DNA from: Burkholderiaceae bacterium
Lineage (GTDB): Bacteria > Pseudomonadota > Gammaproteobacteria > Burkholderiales > Burkholderiaceae_C
Assembly: GCA_004322085.1 (NCBI GenBank)
Contig: SCRR01000397.1
Location: 1,344-65,343 of the forward strand
DNA length: 64,000 nt
Direction of reading: 5' to 3'
The position numbers and the translations under genes are program-made. The notes under the pieces were generated by a model that saw only the letters and a program-made list of their open reading frames with translations, was not told the DNA's origin and did no database searches. Each line of letters starts with the position of its first letter. The first letter of the stretch is position 1. Positions 9,705 through 18,520 of this stretch are shown piece by piece.

Positions 9705-10750
9705 TTCAGGTATCCTTTTTCACGAAACCAGTCCAACGCGTCGGACAAGCCGTCGACATGGGATCGTGCATGGTAGCCAAGTTCGCGCTGGGCCTTGTGC
9801 GAGCTGAAGAACATCATATGGCACGACATCTTCAACCCGTCCAGTGTCAGGAACGGATCCCTGCCACCAAGCCGGGCCACCGCCTGGGCCGCCAGTGCCA
9901 GAGGATAAAGTGGCCAGCGAGGCAACCGGATCGTCGCAGCGGGCCTGCCAGTCATCGTGGCAACGACGCGAAGGATGTCGCGCAACATCACGTTGTCACC
10001 CCCCAGAATGTAGCGCTCGCCGACGACTCCACGCTGCAGTGCCAGCAGATGCCCTACGGCAACGTCATCGACGTGCACCAGGTTCAGACCGGTATCGACA
10101 TACGCCGGAATCCTGCCCAGCGCCGCCTGCACGATAATGCGGCCCGTGGGCGTCGGTTTGATGTCGCGCGGCCCCACTGGGGTAGAAGGATTGACGATCA
10201 CCGCAGGCAGCCGCCGCGTGGCGACCAAATGTTCAACCAGCCGCTCGGCCGCGATCTTGCTGCGCTTGTAGGCGCCTATCGCTTCGTCCTCGGTAGAAGG
10301 CATTCCTTCGTCAACCAGAGCATAATCGCTGGCGGACGCGCCACGCACCGCATCTTGCGTACGCAGTGTCGCAACACTGCTCGTATAAACGATTTTCTCT
10401 ATCCCGGCACGCAGCGCCTCTTCCATCACCACCCGCGTGCCCTCGACATTAGTGCGCACAAGCTCGCGCGCATTGGGCGCCCAGAGCCGGTAGTCGGCAG
10501 CGACATGCAGCAAATAGCGCACTCCGGCCAGGGCGCGCTGCATCGATACTGAATCGCATATATCGCCCACGGCCACCTCGACCGCCAGCCCATCCAGATT
10601 GTCGCGTCGACTGGTAGGACGAACCAGGACCCGTACTTTCAGCCCCTGTGCAACCGCAGCGCGCGCAACGGCCGAACCCACGAAGCCGGAAGCTCCGGTC
10701 ACCAGCAAGAGGTCGGAAGTCCCGATATCAGGGAAGTTGGCGCTAGGCAC
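9701..10750 (-). CDS. hpnA: Hopanoid-associated NAD-dependent sugar epimerase/dehydratase HpnA
   Basis: 349 aa. Rossmann motif VTGASGFVGS and catalytic YKRSK. The GTG start directly abuts the hpnH stop. Confidence 0.85.
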   Translation of the reverse strand: MPSANFPDIGTSDLLLVTGASGFVGSAVARAAVAQGLKVRVLVRPTSRRDNLDGLAVEVAVGDICDSVSMQRALAGVRYLLHVAADYRLWAPNARELVRTNVEGTRVVMEEALRAGIEKIVYTSSVATLRTQDAVRGASASDYALVDEGMPSTEDEAIGAYKRSKIAAERLVEHLVATRRLPAVIVNPSTPVGPRDIKPTPTGRIIVQAALGRIPAYVDTGLNLVHVDDVAVGHLLALQRGVVGERYILGGDNVMLRDILRVVATMTGRPAATIRLPRWPLYPLALAAQAVARLGGRDPFLTLDGLKMSCHMMFFSSHKAQRELGYHARSHVDGLSDALDWFREKGYLN

Positions 10751-11887
10751 TCATGGATTCTGTTCGTGCAGCTCGGATACCCTGCCTTGGGAATGACGCG
10801 AATACACACGGGCAGCAGGACGCTGGTGTTCGAACGACACCTCGGGCGCCATGGCGCCTTGAGTCCGGATGCCCCTGAGCGTGACGCCAAGCGCACGCAG
10901 CGGGTGAGCCAGAGTGTCATTGACTGCCGTCGCTTCGTAGCCGCAATGCACCATGCAGTCAGCGCACTTTTCATAGTTTCCGGTGCCGTATTTATCCCAC
11001 TCAGTCGTTTCCATGAGCTCGGTAAATGTCTTGGCATACCCCTCGGCCAGCAAATAACATGGGCGCTGCCAGCCGAACACGGTAAGCGTGGGATTACCCC
11101 AGGGGGTGCAATGATACGTGCGATTGCCGGCCAGGAAATCAAGGAACATGCCTGACTGGCTGAAAGCCCAGTTCCGCCCACCACGGCCACGTCGAAAAAT
11201 GTCGCGGAACAGTTCCTTGGTTTTTTCACGCTTCAGGAAATGCTCTTGGTCAGGCGCATGCTCATAGGCAAAACCGGGCGAAACAGTAATACCGTCTACG
11301 CCAAGTCCCTTGACGCTGTCGAAGAAATTCGCGACTTTTTCGGGCTTGGCGTTGTTGAAAAGGGTGCAATTGATGTTGACGCGAAAACCGCGCTCCTTGG
11401 CAAGCTTGATGGCCGCAACGGCGCGATCATACACGCCTTCCCTGCGAACTGACTCATCGTGCATTTCGCGGTCACCGTCCAGATGTATGGACCAGACGAA
11501 GAACGGGCTGGGCTTATAGTCGTCGATTTTCTTTTCCAGCAACAAGGCATTGGTACATAAATAGACGAATTTATGGCGAGCGACAATGCCTTTGACAATT
11601 TCAGGGAGATCTTTGTGTATCAGGGGCTCGCCGCCGGCAATCGACACGACGGGCGCACCGCATTCGTCCACGGCCGCAAGTGCTTCGGCCACTGAAATCC
11701 GCTTATCGAGAATATCTTCGGAATAATCGATCTTGCCGCAGCCCGCGCATTCGAGATTACACCGATACAGCGGCTCCAGCATCATTACCAGCGGATAGCG
11801 CTTAGTGCGCGTAAGACGTTTTTTAATTAGATATGCGCCAACGTATACCGACTGCAAAAAAGGTATGGCCACATTCAACTCCTGCAT
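10751..11887 (-). CDS. hpnH: Adenosyl-hopene transferase HpnH (radical SAM)
   Basis: 378 aa. CNLECAGC (CxxxCxxC) cluster motif. Positioned between ispH and hpnA as in other hopanoid loci. Confidence 0.9.
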   Translation of the reverse strand: MQELNVAIPFLQSVYVGAYLIKKRLTRTKRYPLVMMLEPLYRCNLECAGCGKIDYSEDILDKRISVAEALAAVDECGAPVVSIAGGEPLIHKDLPEIVKGIVARHKFVYLCTNALLLEKKIDDYKPSPFFVWSIHLDGDREMHDESVRREGVYDRAVAAIKLAKERGFRVNINCTLFNNAKPEKVANFFDSVKGLGVDGITVSPGFAYEHAPDQEHFLKREKTKELFRDIFRRGRGGRNWAFSQSGMFLDFLAGNRTYHCTPWGNPTLTVFGWQRPCYLLAEGYAKTFTELMETTEWDKYGTGNYEKCADCMVHCGYEATAVNDTLAHPLRALGVTLRGIRTQGAMAPEVSFEHQRPAARVYSRHSQGRVSELHEQNP

Positions 11888-11911
11888 TTATTGACGGTTT
11901 ATAGCTTCATC

Positions 11912-12874
11912 CTAACGCGCGGTCACACGGGGCTGGCGTAATCGAGGTCCTTTTTCTGCAAGCCCACGGGGCAAGCGAAAATGAGTATGTTCTTCTACTC
12001 CTTCCATTACGCTGACATCAACCGGGCCGATCTGGCGCAACGCGTCGATTACATCTTCGACCGTGCTTTCGGGCGCAGAGGCACCAGCGGTAATGCCAAC
12101 GACCTTCGCTCCGCGGACCCAGTCAGGATTAAGACCATTGCCATCTGCCAGCAAGTAGCTGGGGACGCCGCTACTTTCGCCGATTTCACGCAGCCGGTTC
12201 GAATTTGAGCTGTTGGCCGCGCCAACCACCAGGACGACATCGGCACGTTTGCACAATTCGCGTACGGCAGTCTGGCGGTTTTGCGTGGCGTAGCAGATGT
12301 CCTTGACGTTGGGACCAACAATATCGGAGAAACGCCGATGCAGCGCATCGATGATGCCGCGCGTCTCGTCAACCGAGAGAGTTGTCTGCGTGACGTACGA
12401 TATGGGCGTGTCTGGCGCCAACCGCAACGCGGCCACATCGGCTTCGGTCTGGACCAGATGCACCGGCCCATCAATTTGACCCATCGTGCCAAGAACCTCG
12501 GGATGCCCGGCGTGACCCACAAGAATGACCTCGCGGCCCTGCCCAACGTATTTCTTGCCCTGCAGATGCACCTTCGTGACGAGCGGACACGTGGCATCCA
12601 CAACTTTGAGCCCACGCTGTTTGGCTTCGGCCTCGACGGCACGCGACACGCCATGCGCGCTGAATATGGTCACCGCACCGGGAGGGACCTCGTGAAGTTC
12701 GTCGACGAAACGCGCACCCTTTACCTTGAGCGACTCGACGACGTGCCGGTTATGGACAATTTCGTGCCTGACATACACGGGCTCGCCGTATTTTTCAAGC
12801 GCACGCTCGACAATCTCGATGGCTCGCACCACACCAGCACAAAACCCACGAGGCTGAGCAAGAATGACTTGCAT
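11912..12874 (-). CDS. ispH: 4-hydroxy-3-methylbut-2-enyl diphosphate reductase
   Basis: [16 protein letters not shown]-terminus. GGAG RBS 6 nt upstream of the ATG at 12874. The ORF-track start at 12928 is probably an over-extension. Confidence 0.93.
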   Translation of the reverse strand: MQVILAQPRGFCAGVVRAIEIVERALEKYGEPVYVRHEIVHNRHVVESLKVKGARFVDELHEVPPGAVTIFSAHGVSRAVEAEAKQRGLKVVDATCPLVTKVHLQGKKYVGQGREVILVGHAGHPEVLGTMGQIDGPVHLVQTEADVAALRLAPDTPISYVTQTTLSVDETRGIIDALHRRFSDIVGPNVKDICYATQNRQTAVRELCKRADVVLVVGAANSSNSNRLREIGESSGVPSYLLADGNGLNPDWVRGAKVVGITAGASAPESTVEDVIDALRQIGPVDVSVMEGVEEHTHFRLPRGLAEKGPRLRQPRVTAR

Positions 12875-13007
12875 AAATGGCTCCGATTGGATTGGCGTCG
12901 ACACGTTTTTCCTGCGACTACGCCACATGGCTCACGCTCGCCATTCTAGCATCAAAGAAACCATCAATGCATAAAGCGTATACACGTTGTGGGGTTGATT
13001 CGCACCA

Positions 13008-13040
13008 ATAAGAAATTTCTTATATTTCAAAGGTTTGAAA
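13008..13040. promoter_or_regulatory. AT-rich double inverted repeat in the hpnM-ispH intergenic region (candidate operator or protein-binding site)
   Basis: Perfect 16-bp palindrome ATAAGAAATTTCTTAT (13008-13023), followed directly by TTTCAAA-GG-TTTGAAA (13025-13040). Lies 134-166 nt upstream of the ispH ATG. Confidence 0.4.
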
Positions 13041-13079
13041 ACACTCAGCAGAGCAATCAGCTCTATCTGCCGAATACGC

Positions 13080-13697
13080 TTACCCTTCGACGCGCGCGTT
13101 ATGATCAGTAATATATTTGATCAGGCCATCAGCGCCACTTCTGGCGAACTGGGTGCTCAACTGGGGCTGATAAAGCTTGATCAGCCATATGCCCATCATG
13201 TCTATGTCATAGATGCGCCAACCGGCCGGGGTATTGACAAGCCGGTACGCGACCTGCACGTTGTCACCGTCGCCGCTCTTGATTTCAGTACGAACTACGG
13301 CGTCGTTGCCCGCAGCATTGACGCTGGCGGGTTCAAAGCTGAATTTCACCACTTCGTCGCGAACCTGCACGAGCTGCAGTGCGTAGGTACGCACAAGTAG
13401 TGTCGTGAACTGCTGAACGAGAGCCTTCCGTTGGACGGCAGTCATGGTTTGCCACGCCGCGCCTGCGGACAAGCGGGTAGTTTGTGCGAAATCCGCATAA
13501 GGCAGAAAGTCGCGACGCACCACCTTGGCTGTCGCATCAATGTCGCCGTCCTTCGCTGCGGGGTCGGCCTTTGCTGCCGCCATCACTGTCTGCACGGCGC
13601 TCTTCACCACATCGTTGGGGCTCATCGATACCCCCGGCGAAGCTGCCGCGCGCGCCACCCAGAACACCGCAACCACCAGCAAAAGCAGTTTTTTCAT
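13080..13697 (-). CDS. hpnM: MlaC/Ttg2D-family periplasmic lipid-binding protein, hopanoid-associated HpnM
   Basis: Signal peptide MKKLLLLVVAVFWVARAAA. The toluene-tolerance Ttg2D-like body is recognised by eye. Divergent from hpnN. Start chosen at M9 of the track ORF. Confidence 0.7.
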   Translation of the reverse strand: MKKLLLLVVAVFWVARAAASPGVSMSPNDVVKSAVQTVMAAAKADPAAKDGDIDATAKVVRRDFLPYADFAQTTRLSAGAAWQTMTAVQRKALVQQFTTLLVRTYALQLVQVRDEVVKFSFEPASVNAAGNDAVVRTEIKSGDGDNVQVAYRLVNTPAGWRIYDIDMMGIWLIKLYQPQLSTQFARSGADGLIKYITDHNARVEG

Positions 13698-13790
13698 TAG
13701 GCTGTTTCCATCAATCGTCAATTTATTCCGTTGCGTCTCGCTGCCACTCCAGTTACAGTAGCCGCTTACGTTGTCTGCGCGTCATAGCTC

Positions 13791-13804
13791 GTGGCCATGG
13801 CCAC
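13791..13804. promoter_or_regulatory. Perfect 14-bp palindrome upstream of hpnN
   Basis: GTGGCCATGGCCAC, 33 nt upstream of the hpnN ATG within the hpnM/hpnN divergent region. Confidence 0.3.
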
Positions 13805-13836
13805 ACATCCACCACATTCAAACACCCCACGTATCC

Positions 13837-16422
13837 ATGCTGACCTCGCTCATTGTGCGCATTGTCCAGTTTTCGATGCGGCATGCCTACGCGGTCACTA
13901 TTGTAGTGCTGTCGTTGTCGGTCGCAAGCGGCATCTATGTCTCGACGCATTTCACGCTCGACAGCAACACGTCGGATCTGATCGCGACAAACACGCCTTG
14001 GGTCGAGCGCGGTCTGGCGGTCGACAAGGCTTTCCCGCAACGTGCAGACATCACGCTTGCCGTCGTTCAGGCCCCAGCGGCAGAGTTCGCCGATAAGGCA
14101 GCCAGCGAGCTGGCCGCACGGCTTGCCACCGAAACCACATATTTCAGCGCGGTCAGCCAGCCTGGCGCAGGCCCCTTCTTCGATCAAAACGGACTATTGT
14201 TTCTATCGAAACCCGACCTGGATGAACTCGTCAAACAATTGACCGACGCAAGGCCGCTGCTGAACCGGCTCGCGCGCGATCCATCGCTAAGTGGCCTTGC
14301 CAACCTGCTGTCCCTGACTCTGCTCACGCCGCTCGTGTCCGGGCAGGTCAAACTCGCCGACATGTCATCACTGCTGGAGCAAAGCGCGCAGACCGTGGAT
14401 GCTGTCCTTGCTGGCAAACCGGCCGGACTATCATGGCGAGGGCTCGTTGCCCCCGACACCCAGCCACGCAGCTTCATTCAGATACAAGCCGTGCCCGATT
14501 ACCAGGAACTTCAGGCCGGGTCGGCTGCCTCCGATCAAATCCGCAACGCGGCATCCGAACTGCGCCTGCATCAGCGATTTGGCGCAAGCGTACATCTGAC
14601 AGGCCCACGCCCACTGGCCGACGAAGAGTTGGCTTCGGTTCGAGAAGGCGAAGTGCCCAACGCGATAGCCACGTTCCTGGCGGTAATCGCAATATTGTGG
14701 TTAGCTGTGCGTTCGGGCAAAATGATATTTGCCGTGTTCATGACGCTGATTGTCGGTCTGACCATCACCACCGCCCTCGGACTGCTTATGGTCGGCTCGC
14801 TGAATATGATTTCCATCGCCTTCGCCGTCCTGTTTGTCGGGATCGGCGTAGACTACAGCATCCAGTTTGCCGTGCGCTACCGCGAGGAACGCTACCTACA
14901 GCCCCAACTCGGAACAGCGCTTGTCGACGCGGCGAAAACGATTGCAATGCCACTATCGCTCGCGGCGGCGGCCACCGCTGCAAGCTTCTTCTCGTTCCTG
15001 CCTACCGAGTATCGCGGAATGGGGGAACTCGGGCTGATTGCTGGCGTAGGCATCCTGTTCGTCGCCTTCCCGACAAGTCTCATACTGCTGCCGGCCATGA
15101 TCACGATACTTAAGCCGAAAGGCGAACGTGCCGCACCAGGATTCAAATGGCTGGCCCCTGCCGATCGATTTACGGACCGACACCGTAAACCGCTGCTGTT
15201 CGGAACGCTGATCCTGGTCGTGGCCTGCCTGCCCCTGCTTGCCTACCTGCGTTTCGACTTCAACCCCCTGCATTTAAAAGACCCTCACACCGAGGCAATG
15301 GAAACGCTGACGCAACTGGCCGGTTCTCCCGAAGCCGGTATCAACGACGTACAGATCCTCGCACCGTCGCTAAGTGTTGCAAACACCCAGGCGAAAAGGT
15401 TGCGAGAATTGCCCGAAGTCGGCCGAGTGACAACACTGAGCAACTTCATCCCCGAAAACCAATCTGAAAAGCTGGCAACGATCCAGACACTTGCGACAAC
15501 GCTGGCGTCCACTCTGAGCCAAGCCCCCAGCCCGTCGACCAGCGACAAGACACGCATTACGGCATTGAAAAACGCGGCAGGCATGCTCGAAAATGCCGCT
15601 CTTGACCACCCGGGTGCGGGTGCCGCGCCGGCGCAGCACCTGGCCGCTTCGCTACGCGAACTTGCGACGGCCAGCAGAGCAAAGCGCGATGACGCGGAAC
15701 ACGCCTTTTCGGGAACACTGAAACTTGCATTGGATTCGCTGCACCGATTGCTCGAACCCGGGCCAATTACTCAGGCGTCGCTGCCCGCCGGCCTGAAAAG
15801 ACAATGGCTTACGCCCGACGGCCGTGCACTTGTCGACATCGCGCCAAAGGTTCCGGCAGGAGCAAAGACGGACAACAATGCAGCGCTACGTGCGTTCACT
15901 GCCGCGGTGCTGCGCGCTGCGCCTGACGCCATAGGCGGACCGATCTCCATTCAGCATTCCGCTCAGACCATAATCCATGCATTCCTGCAAGCCAGTCTGT
16001 GGGCGTTGATTTCGATAACCGTACTGCTGTGGCTCGCCCTGCGCAATTTTGGCGACGTACTGCGTACGCTGGTCCCCTTGCTGGTCTCGGCCGCCGTAAC
16101 CCTTGAGTTGGCTGTGGTGTTGAACTGGCCATTGAACTTTGCGAACATCATTGCATTACCGCTATTGCTGGGCATAGGTGTCGCGTTCAAGATCTACTAC
16201 GTTGTCGCATGGCGCGAGGGCAAGGCCAGCTTGCTGCAATCGGGCCTGACCCAGGCCATCATTCTGTCGGCAGCAACGACCGCCGTGGCCTTTGGCAGCC
16301 TGTGCCTGTCGCACCACCCGGGCACAGCCAGCATGGGAAAATTGTTGGCATTGTCGCTGGTATGCACGCTTATCGGCGCCGTTTTCTTCCAGCCGATCTT
16401 AATGGGGCACCCCAGGAAGTGA
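13837..16422 (+). CDS. hpnN: RND-superfamily hopanoid transporter HpnN
   Basis: About 861 aa. Two blocks of about 6 TM helices, each preceded by a large periplasmic loop (MMPL/SSD-like). Start chosen at [13 protein letters not shown]. Confidence 0.85.
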   Translation: MLTSLIVRIVQFSMRHAYAVTIVVLSLSVASGIYVSTHFTLDSNTSDLIATNTPWVERGLAVDKAFPQRADITLAVVQAPAAEFADKAASELAARLATETTYFSAVSQPGAGPFFDQNGLLFLSKPDLDELVKQLTDARPLLNRLARDPSLSGLANLLSLTLLTPLVSGQVKLADMSSLLEQSAQTVDAVLAGKPAGLSWRGLVAPDTQPRSFIQIQAVPDYQELQAGSAASDQIRNAASELRLHQRFGASVHLTGPRPLADEELASVREGEVPNAIATFLAVIAILWLAVRSGKMIFAVFMTLIVGLTITTALGLLMVGSLNMISIAFAVLFVGIGVDYSIQFAVRYREERYLQPQLGTALVDAAKTIAMPLSLAAAATAASFFSFLPTEYRGMGELGLIAGVGILFVAFPTSLILLPAMITILKPKGERAAPGFKWLAPADRFTDRHRKPLLFGTLILVVACLPLLAYLRFDFNPLHLKDPHTEAMETLTQLAGSPEAGINDVQILAPSLSVANTQAKRLRELPEVGRVTTLSNFIPENQSEKLATIQTLATTLASTLSQAPSPSTSDKTRITALKNAAGMLENAALDHPGAGAAPAQHLAASLRELATASRAKRDDAEHAFSGTLKLALDSLHRLLEPGPITQASLPAGLKRQWLTPDGRALVDIAPKVPAGAKTDNNAALRAFTAAVLRAAPDAIGGPISIQHSAQTIIHAFLQASLWALISITVLLWLALRNFGDVLRTLVPLLVSAAVTLELAVVLNWPLNFANIIALPLLLGIGVAFKIYYVVAWREGKASLLQSGLTQAIILSAATTAVAFGSLCLSHHPGTASMGKLLALSLVCTLIGAVFFQPILMGHPRK

Positions 16423-16543
16423 AAAAGTCCGGTGTTCAGATATGCGGCGCCCTCAAGCCGCGCGCCGACTTCGGCCCAACCAGCAACAAGAGCCGGTGCA
16501 GTCAGCACACCTCTGGCCCACACGCGAGGACGCTGCTGCAAAA

Positions 16544-17485
16544 CTAGCGCACGAAAAGCCGCGCGAAACGCGCCATGCGTGGCACAAATGTCGGGCGCAA
16601 TAGTCGGTGATCGTAGCCATCCATACGACGACGATCTTCAGTCAGACATAAATCCAGCATCTCTTTGAGCCCCAGATCCAAGCCAATCTGCTGGTCGCCC
16701 GTCAGGGCAAAATTGGCGTCCTGCATCACACCCCTGTCGTCCAGCCCCTTGGCAATGCCAATACGCTCCCAGATCAGGAACAGCCATACACGCAGGACTT
16801 TCAGCGCAAACAACGGCCGCTGCCACCAGCGCAATTGCCGCCGGTACCAGGCCACCCAATTAGCAAAAAACAATATATGGCGGGCTTCTTCCTGAACCAC
16901 CGGCTCGAATGTTTCCACGAGTTCGACCGGAAAATATCCCGTTCGCTTAGCCGATTCAAAGAGCCCGAAGGCAAAAAAACTATCGATGCACTCGCTATAT
17001 CCGGTGACCAGCCAGCCCCATTCAGGATCGGCTGACGCCTCATAAGACGGTTCAGGCGCGAGATCAATACCATAGGCCGCCACCAGCTTGCCCAGTACGA
17101 CCTTGTGACGAGCCTCCTCGCCGCCATCCATGACAAGCGCCTCGTTCAACAACGGATCGCGCACTGTGTCAGCATAGGCGTGGACCCGCCGCATGGCCCG
17201 CTCCTCGGTTTGCACCGCAATGTCCCAGATAGGCAGCGAGACAACACGCTGCAGGGTCTGGGCATCAAGTATAGGCCACGCCAACGCTGCCGGCTTGTAT
17301 GGGTTGTGAGTATCGAGCAGCATGTGGCAGAACAACTGCTTGTGCGCATCCGACCCGATTCGCACTGGTGCCTGGTCATCTCCCTGCCAGTTTCGCATGG
17401 CATGGTCGGCTGCCTCGACAGCCACTGCGTCACAATCATGGTGTGTCATTTCATCGTCACGCGCTTGCGTGGTGTTCGCCGTCAT
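16544..17485 (-). CDS. Uncharacterised ferritin-like di-iron-carboxylate protein (putative oxygenase/desaturase), last gene of the hpnIJKL operon
   Basis: 313 aa. EEARH at aa 123-127 (nt 17105-17119) and at aa 199-203 (nt 16877-16891), with upstream acidic residues E94/E95 and E165. This gives the E...ExxH...E...ExxH ligand pattern. Amphipathic W/R/L-rich segment at aa ~213-245. Starts 12 nt after the hpnL stop. Confidence 0.7.
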   Translation of the reverse strand: MTANTTQARDDEMTHHDCDAVAVEAADHAMRNWQGDDQAPVRIGSDAHKQLFCHMLLDTHNPYKPAALAWPILDAQTLQRVVSLPIWDIAVQTEERAMRRVHAYADTVRDPLLNEALVMDGGEEARHKVVLGKLVAAYGIDLAPEPSYEASADPEWGWLVTGYSECIDSFFAFGLFESAKRTGYFPVELVETFEPVVQEEARHILFFANWVAWYRRQLRWWQRPLFALKVLRVWLFLIWERIGIAKGLDDRGVMQDANFALTGDQQIGLDLGLKEMLDLCLTEDRRRMDGYDHRLLRPTFVPRMARFARLFVR

Positions 17486-17497
17486 GACCCCTCCCGG

Positions 17498-18520
17498 TCA
17501 AGAGTTGCGTGCCGTCTCACGAGCAAGCCAGGAAGCACGCAGCCGATTGGTCTCGGCCCAGTGCCAGGATATCAGTGCCGGAACGCCAAATACCAGTTCG
17601 CGCATGCGCTTTACCAGCGACAGCGCGATGCACGCATCGGGAGGCAGCCCGATAAGGCTGCCAAACAAGATCAGGCCGCCCTCCTGCACACCCAGCCCGC
17701 CAGGCACCACAAAAATAATATTGCGCAGCGCCTGGGTTGCCGCTTCGATGGCAATGGCCTCCACAATAGTGACTGGATAACCTAGCAACCACAGGCCGAG
17801 CCAACTCTCGAAGCTGCCAATCAGCAGTCCCACGAACTGCCAGATGCACGCAACCAGCAACCTCCGGCGTCTACTGTATAACGCGCGGATTTCCGTATCC
17901 AGCCCAGGGCCGTTCATCAATTCCGCCAGGCGCGAGTCATCACCTAGAACTTTCTTCGATAGCGCCGCGAGGCGCGTGAACACATTACCGTGCCGCAACA
18001 GCACGAACAATGCAATCGGCAGCAATATGCTGACCAGCACGGCAATAAGTACCGACCCCAGAGTGCCGGCGTGCACGGTCACCATGACCAAAAGCCCCAC
18101 ACCCAGGGCCACAAACAGGCACTGATTGACCATCGTTAACAGGACTTCGACGATGACGCTGGCCGCTGCGGCCACGCCACGGATGCCACGCCACCTTACC
18201 AGGCGAATTCCGATGAGATCGCCTCCGATACCCGCCAGCGGCAGCAGCCTGTTACTGGCCTCGCGTATCGCTGCAATCCAGAAGAGAACACCGATGGTGG
18301 CACGGCGCTGCGGGTCGCGCGGCGACAGCAAAACACGCCAGCCCGCGGCATCCAGCCATAAAGGCAGCACATGAAATGGCAACAGCCACAACAAGGCCCA
18401 GCCCGCGTTGTCGATGGCACTGTAAACCTCGGACCACCCCTGGTGTGCAATAAGCACAACAAACGCAATCAGGCCAAGCACGCCGGCAATGTAGCCAATC
18501 CGCCGCATAGTCATGAGCAC
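17498..18520 (-). CDS. hpnL: Hopanoid-associated integral membrane protein HpnL (UPF0104 / lysyl-PG-synthase TM-region-like)
   Basis: 340 aa, about 8 predicted TM helices. Overlaps the hpnK stop by 10 nt. Confidence 0.7.
   Translation of the reverse strand: MLMTMRRIGYIAGVLGLIAFVVLIAHQGWSEVYSAIDNAGWALLWLLPFHVLPLWLDAAGWRVLLSPRDPQRRATIGVLFWIAAIREASNRLLPLAGIGGDLIGIRLVRWRGIRGVAAAASVIVEVLLTMVNQCLFVALGVGLLVMVTVHAGTLGSVLIAVLVSILLPIALFVLLRHGNVFTRLAALSKKVLGDDSRLAELMNGPGLDTEIRALYSRRRRLLVACIWQFVGLLIGSFESWLGLWLLGYPVTIVEAIAIEAATQALRNIIFVVPGGLGVQEGGLILFGSLIGLPPDACIALSLVKRMRELVFGVPALISWHWAETNRLRASWLARETARNS

Noticed and set aside
9251-10552. 433-aa plus-strand ORF
   Set aside because: It is antisense to hpnB/hpnA, extremely Arg/Pro-rich with no domain signature. 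It is a shadow ORF.
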